From assembly GCA_031367385.1 (NCBI GenBank), contig JANLPS010000227.1, forward strand, positions 1 to 51,921: 51,921 nt of DNA, given 5' to 3'. The translations under genes and the position numbers were made by a program. This stretch comes from Archangium sp. Lineage in GTDB: Bacteria; Myxococcota; Myxococcia; Myxococcales; Myxococcaceae. The stretch's first letter is position 1; each line of letters begins with the position of its first letter. This document shows positions 45,588 to 51,921 of this stretch, one piece after another. Under the pieces are notes generated by a model, which saw nothing but the letters and a program-made list of their open reading frames with translations, did not search any database and had not been told where the DNA came from.

Positions 45588-45836
45588 TCAGGCTGACTGC
45601 AGGGCTGCCTCCAGGTTCGTCACGTCCAGCTCCACCTTGGTTCTAAAGGCCCGCTGGAAGGCCCTTTTCTTCACGGCTGCTCTGACACAGCCGGCCCCAC
45701 AAAGATACGCCCCCCTGCCCGGGGCGGTCTGCGACTGATCAGCGACAACCGCGCTGATTTTCAGGCACACCCGGTGAAACGCCCGTTTGGGCTGCTTTTT
45801 ACCGCAGCCCAGACAGGTGCGAATCGGTTCGGCCAC
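45588..45836 (-). CDS. ylxR: YlxR (DUF448) RNA-binding protein
   Basis: PIRTCLGC, PGRGAYLC, AFQRAFR; between nusA and infB. Confidence 0.9.
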   Translation of the reverse strand: MAEPIRTCLGCGKKQPKRAFHRVCLKISAVVADQSQTAPGRGAYLCGAGCVRAAVKKRAFQRAFRTKVELDVTNLEAALQSA

Positions 45837-45842
45837 GCGCTT

Positions 45843-47528
<1,686 letters not shown>

Positions 47529-47612
47529 GGTGATGTTCCTCGGCGAATCGCTTCGCCTGTATGTCGCCCCCAAGAGTGAGGGCTATGTGAAGACTGCTTT
47601 AAAACGACTGAC

Positions 47613-48107
47613 TTAAAACTCGAACTCGAGGTTCGCTTTGGCGATGTCTTTGAGCGGTATCGAAAACGCGCCGCCCCCGTCTACTTCGACCTGCACCGCG
47701 TCGTCGCCCACCGCTTTGAGCACGCCGACGAAGTTCTTTCGCGGGGGCTCGCCCACAGGGCCGAAGGTCTTGACCCGTACTTTCTGACCGACCACCTGCT
47801 GATAGTGGGCCTTTTTCTTCAACGGGCGGTTGATGCCGGGGCTGCTGACCTCGAGCGAGTACTCGTGGGGTATGAAGTCTTCGACGTCGAGCGCGGGGTT
47901 GAGCGCGTTGCTGGCCGCGCTGCACTCGTCGACCCCGACCTTGCCGCCCGGCTTGTCGATGAACAGCCGCAAGACCCAGCCCGACCCGGGCTCTTTGACG
48001 AACTCGAGATCAACCAATTCGAGCCCCTCGACGAGCATCAACGGCTCGGCGATGGCGCGCGCGCGATCTTCGATCAGCAGCTTGGGGTTGGGTTTCGACT
48101 CGGCCAT
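47613..48107 (-). CDS. rimP: Ribosome maturation factor RimP
   Basis: LRLFIDK, YSLEVSSPGINRPL, IAKANL; first gene of the nusA operon. Confidence 0.96.
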   Translation of the reverse strand: MAESKPNPKLLIEDRARAIAEPLMLVEGLELVDLEFVKEPGSGWVLRLFIDKPGGKVGVDECSAASNALNPALDVEDFIPHEYSLEVSSPGINRPLKKKAHYQQVVGQKVRVKTFGPVGEPPRKNFVGVLKAVGDDAVQVEVDGGGAFSIPLKDIAKANLEFEF

Positions 48108-48162
48108 GGCGGTTTGAAAGGGTGCCAATACGCCAACCACACGGGCCCTGTAAACAACGCCC

Positions 48163-48972
48163 CTACTTGATGATGGCGATGGTCTGCTGGTTGAGGGCCA
48201 CCAGGCGGCCATCGGGCGACCAAAGCTCGCGAAATTCAACCGCGTAGCCGTGCCGAATCGACACGTCGGTCGCCCGGTAGAACAGCGGCGCCTCAGGGTC
48301 GAGGTCGCTTGGCGGCAGCACCGGCTGAAACGTGTACGCGATGGTGGCGCAGGGGCGAAAGTGGTCTTCGGTCGCGAAGAGCGCGGGCCAGCAGGTGTCG
48401 GCGCAGACCGCGGCCCATGCATTGTCGCGGGTTTGGCCTGGGTATCGGGGGCGAACGAAGACCGAGGTCATGGGCTTCGAGCCCCCGGTGAAGGGCAGGC
48501 CGGAGACGGGCCGGAGCTCCATGTACCGCATGAAGTCAGGGGCCATCGGGGGCCCCAGGTCGACCGGTTCAATCGCACGCCAGTCGGCGATTTCGGGCTT
48601 GGGTAACTCGTTGACTTCGCGGGTGTCGGCACGGGGCTTGCCGAACACGCCGACCGCGTGGGCCTGCACCTCGCCGCCCTGCATCAGCCGTGCAGCGAGC
48701 GTCGAAACCGCGTTGCCCGCGCGGAGCAGCTCGACCCGCACCACCAGGGGGCCGGGGAGCGTCGGGCCACACATCTCGCAGGTCAGTGAGCGGAGCGCAC
48801 GCTCGGGCCCGACCGCAGTCTCGAGCGCGCGAATCAGCACCCCGGCGACGAGGCCACCGAACAGGCCACGGCCTTGCTGCCAGCCGTCGGGCAGGTCGAA
48901 CGCGTACTCATCGGGCCGGGCGAGCCGAGGAGAAAACAGCTGATCGAGCGGCGTTTCGGAGGCGACCGTCAT
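48163..48972 (-). CDS. Double-hotdog acyl-CoA thioesterase family protein
   Basis: WQQGRGLFGGLV, LRAGNAVS, ADTCWPA, LWSPDGRLVALNQQ. Confidence 0.85.
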   Translation of the reverse strand: MTVASETPLDQLFSPRLARPDEYAFDLPDGWQQGRGLFGGLVAGVLIRALETAVGPERALRSLTCEMCGPTLPGPLVVRVELLRAGNAVSTLAARLMQGGEVQAHAVGVFGKPRADTREVNELPKPEIADWRAIEPVDLGPPMAPDFMRYMELRPVSGLPFTGGSKPMTSVFVRPRYPGQTRDNAWAAVCADTCWPALFATEDHFRPCATIAYTFQPVLPPSDLDPEAPLFYRATDVSIRHGYAVEFRELWSPDGRLVALNQQTIAIIK

Positions 48973-48996
48973 GCCGGCGGAGATAGCAATGTGATC

Positions 48997-49467
48997 TCAG
49001 AACTGCACTGCAAGTGTCGCTCCCGCGAGGGTACGCGGGGCCCCAGGCACCACCCGCACGCTGACCTCTGGCGTCGTCGAAGCGCTCGGCTCCCCGGGGG
49101 GCGCTCGGAGAACTTCGAGGAGCCAGATCGCCAACCCCAACGCCTGGCCACCCGCTTCGAGCACCAGCGCCGTGGCGAGACCGCGGAGCTCGGGGTTCGA
49201 GACATTCGACCCGAGCACGGCACCGCCCACCCCCGCCGGCCCCGCGATGGGAATCAGGTCGAGCAGCAACGCCAGCCCCCCGTAGCTGATCAAGGGCACC
49301 GAGGTGATCAGCACGGCCGCGAAGCTCGTGAAGAAGAGGCTCGCCCCGATGATGGGGCCGGCCCGCAGCGACGCCGTGCGCTGGGCCGACGGCACCGAGG
49401 GCGCACTGGCGCTCGACGGCCCGGGGGCAGGTTCAGCGGCGAGCACCAACATGAGTGAGAGGAGCAT
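48997..49467 (-). CDS. Hypothetical exported/membrane protein
   Basis: Signal-like N-terminus, hydrophobic segments (LIPIAGP), and a beta-strand-like C-terminus ending in Phe. Confidence 0.6.
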   Translation of the reverse strand: MLLSLMLVLAAEPAPGPSSASAPSVPSAQRTASLRAGPIIGASLFFTSFAAVLITSVPLISYGGLALLLDLIPIAGPAGVGGAVLGSNVSNPELRGLATALVLEAGGQALGLAIWLLEVLRAPPGEPSASTTPEVSVRVVPGAPRTLAGATLAVQF

Positions 49468-49565
49468 GCGCCTGGTGCGTTCAACCGCCGGGCCGCGCCA
49501 ACGAGCCCAAATGCGTTGGGCCACCACGGTGGTGTGTGAAAAACGATGCACACGCCTCGTGCAAA

Positions 49566-51770
49566 TCACTTCACGAGGGTCAGGCCGCCATGCTTCACCT
49601 CGAGCCGAGCAGCGACAGCGCGGCGCAGCTCGTCGGGCTTGAACGGTTTGTCGATGACCGTGGGCTGCACCGTGTCTAAGAATTCTTGCGCGGCGGGGGT
49701 GAACGCGCCGCCGGTGATGAACACGACCCGCTCGGCCAGCGCAGGGTGCTTGGCACGCAAGCGCGTGAAAAACTCAGGCCCCGACAGCTCGGGCATCATC
49801 AGGTCGCAGAAGATGACATCGGGCGTGCTCTTGCCCAACGCGAGCTGCTCGAGGGCATCGCGGGCGCTGGTGAAGCCGAGCACGTGGTGGTTCGCGACCA
49901 ACACCCGCTCGATCGACGCGATGATGCTCGGCTCGTCATCGATGACCATCACCTCGGCGCGGTGGCTGGTCGTCACCGGAGCGCTCACCAGGGTCGGCTT
50001 GGGCCGCAGCGCCGTCTTCGCCGGGAGCAGCACCCGAAAGGTCGAGCCCGCCCCGACCCGGCTCTCGACCTCGATGGTGCCCGACATGCTGGCCACGATG
50101 GTGTGGCAAATCGACAGGCCCAGCCCGGTGCCCTGCCCCACCGGCCTGGTGGTGAAGAAGGGGTCGAAGATGCGCGGCAAGACCTCGGGCGCGATGCCCG
50201 AGCCGGTGTCGCGAATTTCAACGGCGACCCGGCCGGCGGCATCGACCGCGGTGGTGACGCGTATCTCGTGGCGGGTGGCGTCGTTCTCGGGCAGCGAGTG
50301 GGCGGCGTTGAGCAGAAGGTTCAAGAAGACCTGGCTCAGGCGGCCCTCGTTGCCCTCGACCATCGGCACCTCGTGCTGCTCTCGCACCAGGTGAGCGCGG
50401 TGGCGAATTTCGTTGGCGGCGATGGTGATGGCCGACTCGAGCACCTGGCGCACGTCGATCGCGCCGACCCGCTCGTCGTTGGCGCGCGAGAAGGTCTTGA
50501 GGTCGCGAACGATGGTGCCCACCCGCTCGGCGCCAGCAAGGGCATCTTCGAGCGCGTCGATCATATCGTCGGTGAACTCCGAGAGCTCTCGCGGGGTCTT
50601 CTTGAGGGTCTCGAGCTCTTCGAGCGCGAAGTTCACGTTCGAGGTGATCCACGCGAGGGGGTTGTTGATCTCGTGGGCGACTCCGGCGGCGAGGGTACCG
50701 ACCGAGGCCAGGCGTTCGCTCAGCGCGAGGCGCGAGCGCAGGTCACGCTGCTCGGTGACGTCTTGCATCACGCCGACGAGCCGCACCGCCTTGCCTTGCG
50801 CATCGCGCTGCAAGCGACCCGCGTCTTGCACCCACGCCCACGCGCCGTTGGCGCGCCGAAAACGGTAGGTCTCGAGCCAGTCTGACTGGGAGCCTACCAG
50901 CGCGGCCGTGAACGAGCGCTCGACGCGGTCGCGGTCTTCGGGGTGGGTGGTGTCGTGCCACCACTCGACATCGCGCGTCGCCGCCCAGTGGCCGAAGGCG
51001 TCGTCGACCCGGGCGTGCCAGTGCAGGCGGTCTGAGGCCAGGTCCCAGTCGTAGATGACGTGGTGGGTGGTGCCGAGCACGAGCTCGAAGCGCTCGACCG
51101 CGTCTCGCAGGGCGGTGGCCTGATCAGCTCGGCTGATGGCGAGGCTGGCCAGCAGCGCGAGCAGGTGCAGCTGATCAGCCTCTGCCGCGCTGAGCGCCCG
51201 CGGCGCTTCTCCATGGGCCTCGAGCAGACCCCGAGTGCTCCCGGCGGGGTCTCGCAAGGGCTCCGACCAGCAGACCGTGGCCCCTGGCTCGTCGCGCAGC
51301 GCAGGTGGGCTCGACGGGGCGACGCCTGCGACGCGCTTGAAGTCGCCTCCCTCCAAGAGCAGCGACACGGTGCACTCGAGGCCGGGGAGGGTCTTGCGGC
51401 CGTGCGCCAACACCGCGCTCAGCATCGGGTCGAGCTCGGCCTGGGTGGCGAGCTGCTCGAGCAGTCGCAGCACCCCATCGCTGCCATCGAGCGACCAGCG
51501 CAGCACCACCGTCTTGGCTGCGAGGGGCTCGACGCGCAGGCGGCACGGCCCGATTGGGCCGATTCGGTCGACGGTGAGCTCGGTGGGCGATTCGGCCCTT
51601 CGGGTGTTGATCAGGGCGAGCGCCACCGCGGGCTCGGCGAGCAGCGTGCTCAGCTCGACGGCGCCAGAGGCAAACCAGGTCTTCGCGGCGGCGTTGGCGT
51701 CGATGATCAGATCATTCGCCCCGACCACCACGACGGCCTCAGCGCCTGCGAATGGCAGAACCCCGGACAT
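49566..51770 (-). CDS. Hybrid sensor histidine kinase (PAS, GAF-like, PAS, HisKA, HATPase, REC)
   Basis: HPEDRDRV PAS, AAGVAHEINNPL, NLLLNAAH, FFTTRPVGQGTGLGL, receiver VIDDE...CDLMMP...DKP. Start set at ATG 51770 because upstream sequence belongs to an IS end. Confidence 0.93.
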   Translation of the reverse strand: MSGVLPFAGAEAVVVVGANDLIIDANAAAKTWFASGAVELSTLLAEPAVALALINTRRAESPTELTVDRIGPIGPCRLRVEPLAAKTVVLRWSLDGSDGVLRLLEQLATQAELDPMLSAVLAHGRKTLPGLECTVSLLLEGGDFKRVAGVAPSSPPALRDEPGATVCWSEPLRDPAGSTRGLLEAHGEAPRALSAAEADQLHLLALLASLAISRADQATALRDAVERFELVLGTTHHVIYDWDLASDRLHWHARVDDAFGHWAATRDVEWWHDTTHPEDRDRVERSFTAALVGSQSDWLETYRFRRANGAWAWVQDAGRLQRDAQGKAVRLVGVMQDVTEQRDLRSRLALSERLASVGTLAAGVAHEINNPLAWITSNVNFALEELETLKKTPRELSEFTDDMIDALEDALAGAERVGTIVRDLKTFSRANDERVGAIDVRQVLESAITIAANEIRHRAHLVREQHEVPMVEGNEGRLSQVFLNLLLNAAHSLPENDATRHEIRVTTAVDAAGRVAVEIRDTGSGIAPEVLPRIFDPFFTTRPVGQGTGLGLSICHTIVASMSGTIEVESRVGAGSTFRVLLPAKTALRPKPTLVSAPVTTSHRAEVMVIDDEPSIIASIERVLVANHHVLGFTSARDALEQLALGKSTPDVIFCDLMMPELSGPEFFTRLRAKHPALAERVVFITGGAFTPAAQEFLDTVQPTVIDKPFKPDELRRAVAARLEVKHGGLTLVK

Positions 51771-51781
51771 GCGGGTGAGCC

Positions 51782-51921
51782 TAGTACTCGCCCGCAGTGA
51801 TTTCGACAAGTTCAGGCGGCGAGTGACCGCGCGTGTTCTTGCTTGGCGATCGTTGGATAGGAGCGCCCGAGTTTTTGTCGTGCCTTCTCGAGCGTGAAGA
51901 GCCACTTGATGGTCGCCTTCT
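51782..51921 (-). mobile_element. End of an IS630-family insertion sequence (continues beyond the window)
   Basis: The transposase C-terminus is followed on the minus strand by ACTTGTCGAAATCACTGCGGGCGAGTAC-TAG, ending at a CTAG/TA site typical of IS630 targets. Confidence 0.75.
51812..51921 (-). CDS. IS630-family transposase, C-terminal 35 aa (partial)
   Basis: Manual translation KATIKWLFTLEKARQKLGRSYPTIAKQEHARSLAA*; IxWxFT..xAR.KL...YP is the characteristic IS630 C-terminal motif. Absent from the ORF track. Confidence 0.8.
   Translation of the reverse strand, partial: KATIKWLFTLEKARQKLGRSYPTIAKQEHARSLAA

Noticed and set aside
51771..51905. N-terminal extension of the second kinase
   Set aside because: It runs through the IS630 end and overlaps the transposase C-terminus in another frame.

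Overview
GC-rich, densely coding chromosomal window from a myxobacterium, probably Myxococcaceae/Archangiaceae-like. The taxonomic inference rests on a MYXO-CTERM-type tail, Cys-rich and D-[AGS]-G-rich exported proteins, and PAS-hybrid kinases. Housekeeping content: the rimP-nusA-ylxR-infB-DUF503-rbfA-truB operon, rnd/ttcA, a 7TM-HD phosphohydrolase with ybeY, and a fatty-acid desaturase. Accessory content is dominated by large exported proteins: an Omp85 paralogue, a 15-repeat Ig lipoprotein, a kelch-like lipoprotein, a thioester alpha-2-macroglobulin-family protein, and a Zn-metalloprotease with two membrane anchors. Signalling genes include two hybrid histidine kinases, an ECF sigma/NrsF pair, and a damaged kinase-STAS-PP2C partner-switching module. 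Most notable observations: (1) the thioester protein has a His where complement C3/C4B carry their catalytic His; (2) a full-length amidohydrolase has lost most metal ligands and looks like a pseudoenzyme; (3) the partner-switching module carries a frameshift and an apparent truncation; (4) an IS630 end missed by the ORF track sits 11 bp upstream of a kinase; (5) several structured intergenic elements are present. All assignments come from manual motif recognition; no database searches were run. No rRNA, tRNA or CRISPR array was seen.
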